A stretch of 41,352 nt of DNA from a virus (Duplodnaviria > Caudoviricetes): the IMG/VR virus record IMGVR_UViG_3300037423_000767, positions 1 to 41,352 of that record; one strand, 5' to 3'. This document shows positions 16,469 to 25,190 of this stretch, piece after piece (the stretch's first letter is position 1; each line of letters starts with the position of its first letter). The notes under the pieces were generated by a model that was not told the DNA's origin, did not search any database, and saw only the letters and a list, made by a program, of their open reading frames with translations. The translations under genes were made by a program, and so were the position numbers.

Positions 16469-17500
16469 TCACACCCTCATCGGCATGCCAACGATGCGCA
16501 GAGACGCATCGGCCGGCGAGGTGAACAGAACCGGCGAGCCACCATCGGCGATCGCAACGTTGGTGGCACCGTCAGGCATGGCGGTGAGGATGTCGGCTAG
16601 GTATTGCGCGTTCATGCCGACCTCGACCTGCTCGCCTTCGTACTCTGCCTCGACAGAGTCCTCAGCCTCGCCGCTACCGCGTGCCCACAAACCGATGCCA
16701 TCAGTGTTGACGACGAGTTTGACGCCCTTGCCGCGTTCATTGGAGATCAGCGCCACACGGCCGGCAGCCTGGCGCAGAGCGTCGGCGTCGACCGCGGCAA
16801 TCTTGTCGTTGTTGGCCGGAATGACTCGCTCGTAGTCGGGGAACGATCCCTCAACTAAGCGTGAGGTGATGGTGGCGGTCGGGTATTCAATCTGGATCTT
16901 GCCGCTGGACAGCCGCACCTTCGCATTGCCGGCAGGAAGCATCGCAACCAGGTTCCGCGGCACGATGACCGGTGCGAACTTGCCGAGCTTGTCGATCTTG
17001 CGCGTGGCGAGGCGGTGGCCATCTGTGGCCGTCACGGCATCAGGCTGCAGGAACACACCGCACAGATAGAAGCGCGTCGTCTCCTGCGACATGGCGAACG
17101 CCACGCGGCCAAAGATGGCAGCCAGGTCGGCTTCGAACTCAGCGGTGAACTTGCCGTGTTCAAGCGTCGGGAAATCCGCAACCGGCAGCGTCTCGAGTTT
17201 GAACTTGGAACGACCAGCCTTGAGCGTGGCGTTGCGGTCGTCTTCTTCGATTTCGATGGTGTCGCCGCTAACCTTTGCAACGATGCCAGCGAGCAGCTTG
17301 GCATCGATACAGGCGGCGAAATCCCCCTCTGCATCAATGGTGCCGGTGATCTCGACGTCAAGGTCGGTCGCTGTTGCGGTAAGCTTGCCATCCTTGGCGA
17401 CAAGGCGCACCGTGTTCAACGAAGGAATGGTATTGCGCGCCGGTACTGCCTTCGTAACGCTGGCGAGTAGGCGCGTGAGTTCGTGGCGCGAAGCGCGCAT
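16469..17500 (-). CDS. dnaN: DNA polymerase III beta sliding clamp
   Basis: TATDLD, ATDGHRL, SRLVEGSFPDYERVIP, VGMPMRV terminus. Confidence 0.93.
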   Translation of the reverse strand: MRASRHELTRLLASVTKAVPARNTIPSLNTVRLVAKDGKLTATATDLDVEITGTIDAEGDFAACIDAKLLAGIVAKVSGDTIEIEEDDRNATLKAGRSKFKLETLPVADFPTLEHGKFTAEFEADLAAIFGRVAFAMSQETTRFYLCGVFLQPDAVTATDGHRLATRKIDKLGKFAPVIVPRNLVAMLPAGNAKVRLSSGKIQIEYPTATITSRLVEGSFPDYERVIPANNDKIAAVDADALRQAAGRVALISNERGKGVKLVVNTDGIGLWARGSGEAEDSVEAEYEGEQVEVGMNAQYLADILTAMPDGATNVAIADGGSPVLFTSPADASLRIVGMPMRV

Positions 17501-17523
17501 GTGTTGCTCCTCTTGTGGAAGGT

Positions 17524-17541
17524 GGCGGGCCGAAGCCCGCC
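17524..17541 (-). terminator. GC hairpin with cUUCGg loop (no U tract)
   Basis: GGCGGGC-TTCG-GCCCGCC on the minus strand between the SSB and dnaN genes. Confidence 0.45.
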
Positions 17542-17550
17542 GTTAGTGGG

Positions 17551-18156
17551 TTAGGCCGCCTTCTTCGCTCCCCACGGAGTCTTCTTGGCCGCAGCCGGAG
17601 CTGCCGTTTCGGTCTTAGCCGGCGCCTTATTGTCGTTGCTGGCCGCGGGCTTGGCAGGCATCGTGCCGTCGCCAATCACGCCGAGTTCCGGCACGGGCTC
17701 TTTTGCCTGGTCGTCTTCGTAGTAGAAGCGCTCGATTTGGTTCTTGTCCTTATACGGCTGGCCGGTTTTGGGATTGGTGCCGTTTCCAGGCTGAATGCCG
17801 ATCTCGACAACGAACGATTTGAACAAGAGATCGTCGCTATCCGTGCCTTTCTCGACAAGCACCTGCACGGCACGGCAGAAGCGATCGAACATCGGCTTGC
17901 CATACTTGTACGCGCCGTGCTTGAACTCATCTGCGTGCAACATGGTCCAATAGGACCAAAACTTGCGGCCCTTGAACTCCTCTGGCTCTTGCACTTCGAA
18001 GGTAAGCGCGGCCTGACGTCCCTTGCCGTCTGTGGTTGCGGGGAAGTCGATCGCCTCGGCCCAAATGCGCGCGTACATGTGCGGCAGGATGCCTCCGCCG
18101 CCCTGTTTGTCGGTGGCTTCAACGTCAACGGAATAGTCAAAATCAATCGCGGCCAA
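17551..18156 (-). CDS. Phage single-stranded DNA-binding protein (DUF669-like)
   Basis: LTFEV..EEFKGRKFW, YKDKNQI, Ala/Pro tail ending PW; follows Sak4. Confidence 0.75.
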   Translation of the reverse strand: MAAIDFDYSVDVEATDKQGGGGILPHMYARIWAEAIDFPATTDGKGRQAALTFEVQEPEEFKGRKFWSYWTMLHADEFKHGAYKYGKPMFDRFCRAVQVLVEKGTDSDDLLFKSFVVEIGIQPGNGTNPKTGQPYKDKNQIERFYYEDDQAKEPVPELGVIGDGTMPAKPAASNDNKAPAKTETAAPAAAKKTPWGAKKAA

Positions 18157-18194
18157 TGTCTATGCTCCTAGTGGGTGTGCTTGGTGGTGGGTGG

Positions 18195-18959
18195 TTAGGC
18201 TGCTTCGGGCAGCCAATACTTGCTCAGCGATGTGAAGCCGTTGCCCTTCTTGTAGACAATGCTGTCAGGCATGGAGAACCTGTTCTTGGCGACGAAACCA
18301 GCGCCTTCGACCAAGTGAATTTGCCGCTCCTTGCCGCCCTCGGCATGCGCCACCATCTTCTTTGGCGCAACCTCCTTCTCCTTGAGCGAAACGCGATAGT
18401 TCATGAAGGCGACAATGTCGGCCTGCTCGCGCACAAGCGCATTGCCTCGCTTGTGAAGCTTCGGCGTGTAGCGGCTGTAAGGATCCGTGGTCGGGCTATC
18501 GAAGCGCACGATTTCTGGATGTGCCAGCATCACGACATTGATGCCAGCCTGCGCCAAGGCAGACACACCACCAAGGAAATCGCGCCATTCGACGTCGGCC
18601 TCCACGTAGCCCTTGCCGTATCCTGGCTCCTCGATAGACGAGACGCCAAGGCGGGCCGCAGTTGCCGACCAAACAAGATGCTCGAGGCCGTCAAGGCTGT
18701 CGATGATGACGGTCTTGAACTCGTGTTCCGTCTCGAGCAGTTCGACAAACACGTTGCGGATGTCGTCAAACGACTCGATAACGCCAGGCGTTGCCATTTC
18801 GACATCTGACGGCGGGCGCTCACCCTCTGTCGGCAGGTATAGCGGCGACGGCCACTCTGCGGCCAGGCTTGTCTTGCCGATGCCATCGACGCCGTACAAC
18901 ACGACAATCGGCGGATTGGTCGACTTGCTGGATTTCAGGGATGAAAGGCTAATAGCCAA
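18195..18959 (-). CDS. Sak4-like ssDNA-annealing AAA ATPase
   Basis: YGVDGIGKTS, VIIDSLD, GYGKGY, AKNRF. Confidence 0.85.
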   Translation of the reverse strand: MAISLSSLKSSKSTNPPIVVLYGVDGIGKTSLAAEWPSPLYLPTEGERPPSDVEMATPGVIESFDDIRNVFVELLETEHEFKTVIIDSLDGLEHLVWSATAARLGVSSIEEPGYGKGYVEADVEWRDFLGGVSALAQAGINVVMLAHPEIVRFDSPTTDPYSRYTPKLHKRGNALVREQADIVAFMNYRVSLKEKEVAPKKMVAHAEGGKERQIHLVEGAGFVAKNRFSMPDSIVYKKGNGFTSLSKYWLPEAA

Positions 18960-19053
18960 CGGTAAGCCTCCAAGCGATTAGGATTGCTGCGGTGAAGAGG
19001 ACGCATGTGAAAAACAGCGCCCAAGGATCCGGCTCGAACTCGTCTGCCGTCAT
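18949..19053 (-). CDS. Small TM protein (34 aa)
   Basis: MTADEFEPDPWALFFTCVLFTAAILIAW; coupled. Confidence 0.5.
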   Translation of the reverse strand: MTADEFEPDPWALFFTCVLFTAAILIAWRLTVGY

Positions 19054-19190
19054 TTGACGAGCCACCACGAAATGAGCGGCAAGGCGACAACGGCAAGCGT
19101 GATCCATACCGCCATGTAGCGCTGCGCGGCGGGCGGCAGTTGTTCTGGTGCACCGTGCAAGTCGGGATCGTAGGCGTCGGTGTAGGTCAT
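19050..19190 (-). CDS. Small TM protein (46 aa)
   Basis: MTYTDAYD...VWITLAVVALPLISWW. Confidence 0.55.
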   Translation of the reverse strand: MTYTDAYDPDLHGAPEQLPPAAQRYMAVWITLAVVALPLISWWLVK

Positions 19191-19378
19191 CACCAGACTC
19201 CGAGCCAAATGCCCCAACCATGAACCACCGCAATGGGTGCGGCGATTGCGCCGGCAATGAGGAAGCCCCATGCGCCAGTGGTGAAGCATACATAAACGTG
19301 AGTGAGCCATGCCGGGATAGTCGACAAGGCAATGATGAACGCCCAAAAGGCGCATCCAAGTCCAACAAACGGGTTCAT
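19190..19378 (-). CDS. Small membrane protein (62 aa)
   Basis: AWLTHV...PIAVVHGWGIW; AAGGAGG RBS. Confidence 0.7.
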   Translation of the reverse strand: MNPFVGLGCAFWAFIIALSTIPAWLTHVYVCFTTGAWGFLIAGAIAAPIAVVHGWGIWLGVW

Positions 19379-19436
19379 AGTCCCTCCTTACTGCTGCGCG
19401 CATGCGCAGCAGTGTGGTGGTTGCGGTGCTGGTTGG

Positions 19437-19631
19437 TTAGGCGGCTTTTCCGCCTGTCGATATCCAGGCTAGCAGGGCCTCGCCGAAGGCGGCTGCATCG
19501 GATTTCGGAACTAGAATTGTGTCCTCGCCCTGTTGAAGGGCGAGCGAGTCTTCGCTCCACTCAGATGCTTTGACGTTCGAGTGGCCGCCTTCATCGAATT
19601 CTATCTCGATTGATTGAAGAACCCGCATCAC
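19437..19631 (-). CDS. Hypothetical protein
   Basis: Coupled ORF; ends KAA. Confidence 0.6.
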   Translation of the reverse strand: MMRVLQSIEIEFDEGGHSNVKASEWSEDSLALQQGEDTILVPKSDAAAFGEALLAWISTGGKAA

Positions 19632-20434
19632 GCAGCCTCCCGCTTAAGCCAGTCTTCGACTGCGTCCTTCGCGGTCGCCAGGAAAAGACCAGTCTTGCCG
19701 CGCAGTTCGCGAATGGCCTCGATCTTGCGCCCTGCATAAGCCAACCGCTGCCACTCATGGGCAAACGTGCGCTCGACCTTCTTGACTTCGCCGAGCGTGT
19801 AGACGCCGAATTCCTTGCCCTTGTGGACGTTGGCAAGGCGGCTAGCCTCGGTGCTCGCCGCTTTGGCGTCGCCATGCACAAACGGAGCGATCGACGGCTT
19901 CGGCTTGCCGTTCTCAAGCAGGCAGACGATAGCCGTGCCGGTCTGGCTGTGGCGCGCTACGATGTCGGCGATGGAGGTGGGTTTGGTTTCGAAGTCGCGA
20001 AGGTTGTCGTACTCGCCGGTGAAGCCATTGTCGTCACGAATGGTAAGCGTCACGCCATCGAAACCGGTTACGGTGCTCCAGTCCTTGTCAGCCCAATGCT
20101 TCTGCTTCACACGATCATCAACCTTGAACTTGGCGCCGCCAGTTGCGGCAGGCTCGTCGGTCCATTCGGCGACTATCTGCGACGAAAATTCGCCTCCGGA
20201 ATTGCTCCAGCAAGCCTTTCCGCTTTCGGTCCAGAAATCTTTAAGGCCGACCGTGAACGGCCACGACGAGTTTCCCGAACCGTTGGCATAGCGCGTAACG
20301 GCAATCGGCCCGACCTTACGCCCATCACGAGTCTTATAGACTCCACCAGCGACAAGCTTCAACGCGGCCCGTCCTCCGCCGTATTCTTCACGGAGATTGT
20401 CCACGTAGGCTGCTGCATTGCGATTGTAGTTCAT
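19628..20434 (-). CDS. Multidomain protein with C-terminal ribosomal bL12-CTD-like motif
   Basis: GRKIEAIRELRGKTGLFLATAKDAVE. Confidence 0.65.
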   Translation of the reverse strand: MNYNRNAAAYVDNLREEYGGGRAALKLVAGGVYKTRDGRKVGPIAVTRYANGSGNSSWPFTVGLKDFWTESGKACWSNSGGEFSSQIVAEWTDEPAATGGAKFKVDDRVKQKHWADKDWSTVTGFDGVTLTIRDDNGFTGEYDNLRDFETKPTSIADIVARHSQTGTAIVCLLENGKPKPSIAPFVHGDAKAASTEASRLANVHKGKEFGVYTLGEVKKVERTFAHEWQRLAYAGRKIEAIRELRGKTGLFLATAKDAVEDWLKREAA

Positions 20435-20949
20435 TATGATGCCCTCGCGAATTCGCCAAAATTCTGGTTTGCCGCCTCCATGTATGCCTCATGGGCAGCC
20501 AAGGCAGACGGAAATCGGCCCAAGTATTTTTCCTTTCCATCTATCCAAATCACCGACACCCACACATCTGTGCCATCTCGGTTCTTTCTCTTGCGCGCAC
20601 CCTTAAGACCTGATGCGTTGTCCGATCTCACTTTGCGGTTCATGCAGTTCTGAGAGCGTGTTGCCAAGCGAAGGTTGTCTATACGATTGTTAAGTCCGTC
20701 ACCGTCTTTATGGTCAACGTCGACATCTGCCCATTGACCATTGTGCAGCGCCCACACAATAAGATGGGCAAAAATCTTTTTGCCGCCGACGTGGATTATT
20801 TTGTATTTCTTTTTCTTTCCTATTGTCGTACCGGCAACGGAACCCACAACAATAGGACTGACTGCGGATAGTTTGGCTTTCCACACCAACTCGCCATCTT
20901 CACGATAGGCGAATAGACTGCGAAGCACATCAATAGATAGCCTACTCAT
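20434..20949 (-). CDS. HNH endonuclease with AP2-like domain
   Basis: VDHKDGDGLNNRIDNLRLATRSQN; KYLGRF..AHEAY; lower GC than neighbours. Confidence 0.9.
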   Translation of the reverse strand: MSRLSIDVLRSLFAYREDGELVWKAKLSAVSPIVVGSVAGTTIGKKKKYKIIHVGGKKIFAHLIVWALHNGQWADVDVDHKDGDGLNNRIDNLRLATRSQNCMNRKVRSDNASGLKGARKRKNRDGTDVWVSVIWIDGKEKYLGRFPSALAAHEAYMEAANQNFGEFARAS

Positions 20950-21156
20950 TTATCGATGCACCCGCAGCGCAACCACATTGCCCTCTGCCTCTCGGCCTTC
21001 GAAACTCACTTCACCGGACTGAAACCAGCGCTCCTGCGGCCCGCTGCCGTCACGATAGCGGACGGCAAACCGGTCAAGTTCCCCGAGGTACGTGCGCCTG
21101 CCGACGACAACGCCGTCCAGTTCAGTACCGACAATCCTGCAGCGCGCGCCGATCAA
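20950..21156 (-). CDS. Small SH3-like hypothetical protein
   Basis: GVVVGRRTY...FAVRY...ERWF. Confidence 0.6.
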   Translation of the reverse strand: MIGARCRIVGTELDGVVVGRRTYLGELDRFAVRYRDGSGPQERWFQSGEVSFEGREAEGNVVALRVHR

Positions 21157-21359
21157 ATGCCGCCTCCATCTTCTTCCGTTTCAGTGATGAGATCGCCGCG
21201 ATTGAACCAATCGCTTACGGTGCGGCCCTTGCGCTCGTATTCGATAAGGTAGGTGATTTGGCCATCATCAAACTTAGTGTGCGCCTTTACTCGCCCCTCG
21301 ATAGTGACGATTTCGCCGAGACCAAGCTGCGGCTCGCTGTTGCCATCATCTCCGCTCAT
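21153..21359 (-). CDS. Small SH3-like hypothetical protein (possible paralog of neighbour)
   Basis: GRVKAHTKF...YLIEY...DWF; coupled. Confidence 0.6.
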   Translation of the reverse strand: MSGDDGNSEPQLGLGEIVTIEGRVKAHTKFDDGQITYLIEYERKGRTVSDWFNRGDLITETEEDGGGI

Positions 21360-21601
21360 TGCGCCGCTCCATGCAAAGCGGCAATACGAGGCATTGAGAT
21401 TGCCAGCGGTCCGCTCATAGTGGAGCAACCGCCATTCAGGCTGTGGTGGCGCACCACCGTGTTGGCCGTTTCGCGCACCGAGCGCTCGACATCGCCGGCA
21501 CACTTGTACGCCCATTGCTTTCCGATATTGAGAGCTTCCGCTATGCGGTCAAAGCTATCCCCTTCCGCTCGCATTGCGCGAGCGCGACCCCTTGCATCCA
21601 T
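21356..21601 (-). CDS. HTH protein, first gene of the leftward early operon (cro position)
   Basis: RAEGDSFDRIAEALNIGKQWAY HTH; GAGG RBS. Confidence 0.65.
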   Translation of the reverse strand: MDARGRARAMRAEGDSFDRIAEALNIGKQWAYKCAGDVERSVRETANTVVRHHSLNGGCSTMSGPLAISMPRIAALHGAAQ

Positions 21602-21676
21602 TTTGTGATTTCCTCGATTTGTATTTGTGGAGCCTGCCGAAACCGCTTCGGGCCGACTCGTTAACTACAGCCACGA

Positions 21677-21870
21677 GTTATAGGCGTTTTCGCCTTGCGT
21701 GTCAAGTTGCAATATGCGAAACCGCCTACGCTTCGCCGCGGCGTGGCAAAATCGTGTCAAGTGCTAGTTGCAGAAGCACACAGGCGGCAACCATCTTAGT
21801 TAACCATTAGCTAATATTAAAGCCGTTTTCGCCTTTCCGTCTTGCCAAAATAGGCGTTTTCGCATATATG
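21677..21870. promoter_or_regulatory. Immunity control region: divergent promoters and four operators
   Basis: Minus TTGACA-17-TATAAC (21705-21677); plus TTGCCA-17-TATATG (21842-21870); operators at 21681, 21713, 21820, 21851. Confidence 0.8.
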
Positions 21871-21936
21871 GCGATTCGTTGGGGAATGCCGGATGCCGTG
21901 AATTCGGGCCGGAAACAAAAGAGAATGAGGATGTCC

Positions 21937-22599
21937 ATGGAAACCATGGCCGAGAAGATCAAAGCGCTACGCGCGCGGCTTGGTATCGATCAGAAGGAAT
22001 TAAGCGCCAGGATTGGCGTCGACCAATCCACCGTGTCTAAATATGAGCGCGGCGTGCAGGAGCCAAAGCGCGAGCCGAGCATGAAGCTGGCCGAGCTTGC
22101 TGGCGTGCCGTTCGGTGAGTGGGTTGGCGTCGAGCCGGTCACCGCGAAAGATGTGCGTTCCAAGATGGTGCCGGTTGTCGGCGAGCTCTGCGCCGGTCAG
22201 TGGCGGGAAGCCATCGAATGGGAGCACGATGACCAGTATTCGGTGCCGGTTCTGCTGGATCCGGACATGCCGGGCTATCAGTTGCGCGGCTATATCGTGC
22301 GTGGCACGTCGATGAATCGGTATTACCCGGATGGCTCGGTGGTGTTTGCCGCCGCCACGATCTCGAATGGCCTGCAGCCCTCGAGCGGCGACCACGTGCT
22401 TGTCAGCCGCCGCAATCGCAAAGGGCAGTATGAGGCGTCCTTAAAAGAGTACGTAGTTGAGGCTGACGGCTCGAAATGGCTCTGGCCGCGGTCCTCCGAT
22501 CCCGCGCACCAGGCACCGCTGCAGTATGACGGCGCAGAGGAAGTCACGATTACCGGCATCGTGCGCGCCAGCTTCGTTAGTGGACCGCGCAAGGCGTGA
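21937..22599 (+). CDS. cI: CI/LexA-type repressor (HTH + S24 autopeptidase)
   Basis: QKELSARIGVDQSTVSKYERG; A-G cleavage site LCAG; GTSM Ser, SLKEY Lys; start could be 21931-21946. Confidence 0.9.
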   Translation: METMAEKIKALRARLGIDQKELSARIGVDQSTVSKYERGVQEPKREPSMKLAELAGVPFGEWVGVEPVTAKDVRSKMVPVVGELCAGQWREAIEWEHDDQYSVPVLLDPDMPGYQLRGYIVRGTSMNRYYPDGSVVFAAATISNGLQPSSGDHVLVSRRNRKGQYEASLKEYVVEADGSKWLWPRSSDPAHQAPLQYDGAEEVTITGIVRASFVSGPRKA

Positions 22600-22624
22600 G
22601 CGAAGCGATGGCGCCGATATTAGA

Positions 22625-22675
22625 TAGGCGCTTTCGCATAATGTTGTTGACTTTGTAGGCGAAAGCGCCTATGTT
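22625..22675 (+). promoter_or_regulatory. Rightward early promoter with two operators
   Basis: TTGACT-17-TATGTT; operators 22625-22640 and 22656-22671. Confidence 0.8.
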
Positions 22676-22724
22676 GTTCTTGTAGCCCGCGAGTCGGGCC
22701 TTGCTCCAAGGTGGAGTTACGGGA

Positions 22725-22910
22725 ATGTCAACAGCATCGACTTATGCGCGCGACCCGCGCCGCGCAATCCTTGTCAACAGTGCGGCCTACGCGCGGCAAC
22801 AAAACCGAAAGCCTGAGCCCGACATCACGCTTACGCAGTCGTTGATTGCTGGCGTGGTCGTGGCGGCTTTCTCGCTGGCCGTGCTTGCCATTGCGGTAGG
22901 TGTGTCGTGA
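22725..22910 (+). CDS. Small protein with C-terminal TM
   Basis: GGAG RBS; hydrophobic C-terminus. Confidence 0.6.
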   Translation: MSTASTYARDPRRAILVNSAAYARQQNRKPEPDITLTQSLIAGVVVAAFSLAVLAIAVGVS

Positions 22911-23065
22911 GCGACGCAATCGCAAAAGAGCTTACCGCTCTGCTGGCATTGTGCCGTGGCACGGCAAGTGTCTACCGCAAATTGCCGGAAGCCAACCCGC
23001 AGAATGTTGCGCTGATTTTCGACGCGCTTGGCGAGCGTATCGCCATGATCTTGGAGCGCCGCTAA
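22907..23065 (+). CDS. Small hypothetical protein (52 aa)
   Basis: Manual translation MSDAIAKELTALLALC; coupled at both ends. Confidence 0.55.
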   Translation: MSDAIAKELTALLALCRGTASVYRKLPEANPQNVALIFDALGERIAMILERR

Positions 23066-23259
23066 TGGCCGCCCTCATCGACACCATTAACAGCGCCGAC
23101 CGTATCGCCAAGTTCTGGCGGTGCGGCAACATACCGGCCATCAACGCGCAAGAGCGCCTTATCGATTTGGGCTTCTATGCGGTCGTTGTCGGCGAGCGCA
23201 GCATAGTGGGATACCTGCGCGGGTGCAGGTTTGAGATGCCTGGAACCATAGACGCATAA
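23065..23259 (+). CDS. Hypothetical protein (64 aa)
   Basis: TAATG coupling, GGAG RBS. Confidence 0.6.
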   Translation: MAALIDTINSADRIAKFWRCGNIPAINAQERLIDLGFYAVVVGERSIVGYLRGCRFEMPGTIDA

Positions 23260-23309
23260 CCGTTGCCGCTTATTGCCCCGCAATAACCCGCAACCAGAGG
23301 AGAACCACT

Positions 23310-23555
23310 ATGACCGTTAATATGCTCACAGCCACCGAAGCACTCGCGCAGGGCTCAACGCCGTCGACATTCTTTAGCATCGCGCGCTTTAACGAGCGGC
23401 TTGGCGACAACGCTACCGGACAGGCTGCGCGCCGCGTAGGCCGCGAGCTCGCGCGCCTTATGGGTATTGACTTGGGCGGCCGCAGGCGGACGGCAGTCAA
23501 CAACAACCGCGGTACGGAGTACGGCAAGCCGCGCAGCGAGAGGCGGGCGGCGTGA
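23310..23555 (+). CDS. Hypothetical protein (81 aa)
   Basis: GAGGAG RBS; ends RAA. Confidence 0.65.
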   Translation: MTVNMLTATEALAQGSTPSTFFSIARFNERLGDNATGQAARRVGRELARLMGIDLGGRRRTAVNNNRGTEYGKPRSERRAA

Positions 23556-24493
23556 TGAAACTGGATACAAAAGCGCTTGAAGAAGCCGCGTATGCCTATG
23601 CGGCTAGCAGTGTTGACGGCAATCCGCACGGGCTTTGCCTCGATGCAGCAATCCGCGCATACCTCGCCGTGCCGGTGGGGGTGAAGGCGAAATGGATGGG
23701 CGATAGCTCCATCTTGGCCAGCGCCGCAGAGGTGACCATTCTGGCCGTCGATAATGATGACCCTTCGCATCGCAAGGCATGCTGGATAAGACACTGGCCG
23801 AGCAAACGAGATTACCCGGTCTATCGTTCATGCGATTTGACCGATCTCGAATATGACGAAGCCGCCCTCCAATCCTCCCCTCCAGTTAAGACCGAGAAGG
23901 ACGCTTGGCCTGACGACGGGTCATGCATCAGGTGTGGTGCTGTGCCGCGCAACGCATCGGGACTATGCGCAACGTGTATTGACGAGGACGCAGAACGAGC
24001 CGGAGAAGTATCACAATCCCTGTGGCGACAAGCATTAGACGCAGAGCGCGCTCCGCCAGTTAAGGCAGCGACCGACCGCGCGATGCTTGAGCGCGCTCGC
24101 GACTGGATGGCAGACAACATCCGCGAAGCCGACATCGAAGGCGCTACCGTTCTTGGCTACTTGGCGAACTACCTACACGACGCGCCAGTTAAGGCAGCGG
24201 CGGTGGATGGGGAGGTGCAAGTCAGCATCAAGCCCATGAAGCTGATCGAGCGGCTCGACAACTATTCGATGGATTGGCGTGACCGGGCAAAGGACGAAAA
24301 GCCCGTGCGAGACGCCATCGCAGGCATCCGCGCTCTTCTCGACCGCATAGCCAGCCTGGAGGCGGCGCTGGCGGCGATACGAGATGAAGCCGAGATCCAC
24401 ACCAAGCTCAACCAAGAGCGGCTGTGCTGCAAGTTTCAGGACATCGCTGCCCGTGCGCTCGCCCCCGCCAACACAGGGGAGAAGCCGTCGTGA
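23555..24493 (+). CDS. Mosaic early protein (Ea22-like architecture)
   Basis: Modules joined by repeated PVK linkers; CxxC...CxxC; C-terminal coiled coil. Confidence 0.65.
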   Translation: MKLDTKALEEAAYAYAASSVDGNPHGLCLDAAIRAYLAVPVGVKAKWMGDSSILASAAEVTILAVDNDDPSHRKACWIRHWPSKRDYPVYRSCDLTDLEYDEAALQSSPPVKTEKDAWPDDGSCIRCGAVPRNASGLCATCIDEDAERAGEVSQSLWRQALDAERAPPVKAATDRAMLERARDWMADNIREADIEGATVLGYLANYLHDAPVKAAAVDGEVQVSIKPMKLIERLDNYSMDWRDRAKDEKPVRDAIAGIRALLDRIASLEAALAAIRDEAEIHTKLNQERLCCKFQDIAARALAPANTGEKPS

Positions 24494-24720
24494 GCGAACC
24501 CGCACAACCCATAGCCATCGGCCGCGTTGCCGAGTTCATCATCATGTCGGGATGGATCCTGCTCGTCGTTGTGTGCTTCTGCACCATCCTCGAGATTTGT
24601 TACCTGGCGCTTAGCGGCCACGAAATCAGCGACCCACTGCAGAAGCTTGCCTTCACGTCGGCGGGCTTCCTTTTTGGCTCGTTCCCCACAATGGTGAAGG
24701 ATCTCATCAATGCGCGGTAG
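24490..24720 (+). CDS. Two-TM membrane protein
   Basis: GTGA coupling; two hydrophobic segments. Confidence 0.6.
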   Translation: MSEPAQPIAIGRVAEFIIMSGWILLVVVCFCTILEICYLALSGHEISDPLQKLAFTSAGFLFGSFPTMVKDLINAR

Positions 24721-24874
24721 GCTTATAGTGCCTGGCGGGTGGCAAGCTCTGGCCGTAATTGCGCTAGTCCTGCTTGCCGCCTTGCTATTGGTGGCATGCA
24801 CCACAACAGACATGCCGCGCGATACGGCGCTTGGGATTACGGAGATGCTTAGGCATGACATTGGCGGCGAATGA
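24710..24874 (+). CDS. Small lipoprotein (54 aa)
   Basis: Manual translation MRGRLIV...LLAALLLVA-CTTTD with lipobox; AAGGA RBS. Confidence 0.55.
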   Translation: MRGRLIVPGGWQALAVIALVLLAALLLVACTTTDMPRDTALGITEMLRHDIGGE

Positions 24875-25190
24875 TAATGTGGCGATTGCACCTGGCCAGG
24901 TCTACACGCTGGACGAGGCCGCGGCACATTTGCGACTGACTAACCGCGGCGTTGCCAAGCTGGCGCGCCGTCATGGGCTGTGCCTGGTGCGCGGCCGCGA
25001 TATTCTGCTTACCGCAAAAGACATCGAAGCAATCAAGGACGTCCTACGATGCCCCTCAAACTCTACAAGCGTGGCAAGGTCTACTGGATCAGTGGCACCG
25101 TCCATGGACAAACTGTCCGCGAGTCTGCTGGCACTCAGCAAAAAGAAGTCGCCGAAGCGATCCGCGCAAAACGCGAAGCTGGCCTCGTAA
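24855..25190 (+). CDS. xis: Excisionase-like HTH DNA-binding protein
   Basis: YTLDEAAAHLRLTNRGVAKLAR; immediately upstream of and overlapping int; starts MTLAANDN. Confidence 0.72.
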   Translation: MTLAANDNVAIAPGQVYTLDEAAAHLRLTNRGVAKLARRHGLCLVRGRDILLTAKDIEAIKDVLRCPSNSTSVARSTGSVAPSMDKLSASLLALSKKKSPKRSAQNAKLAS

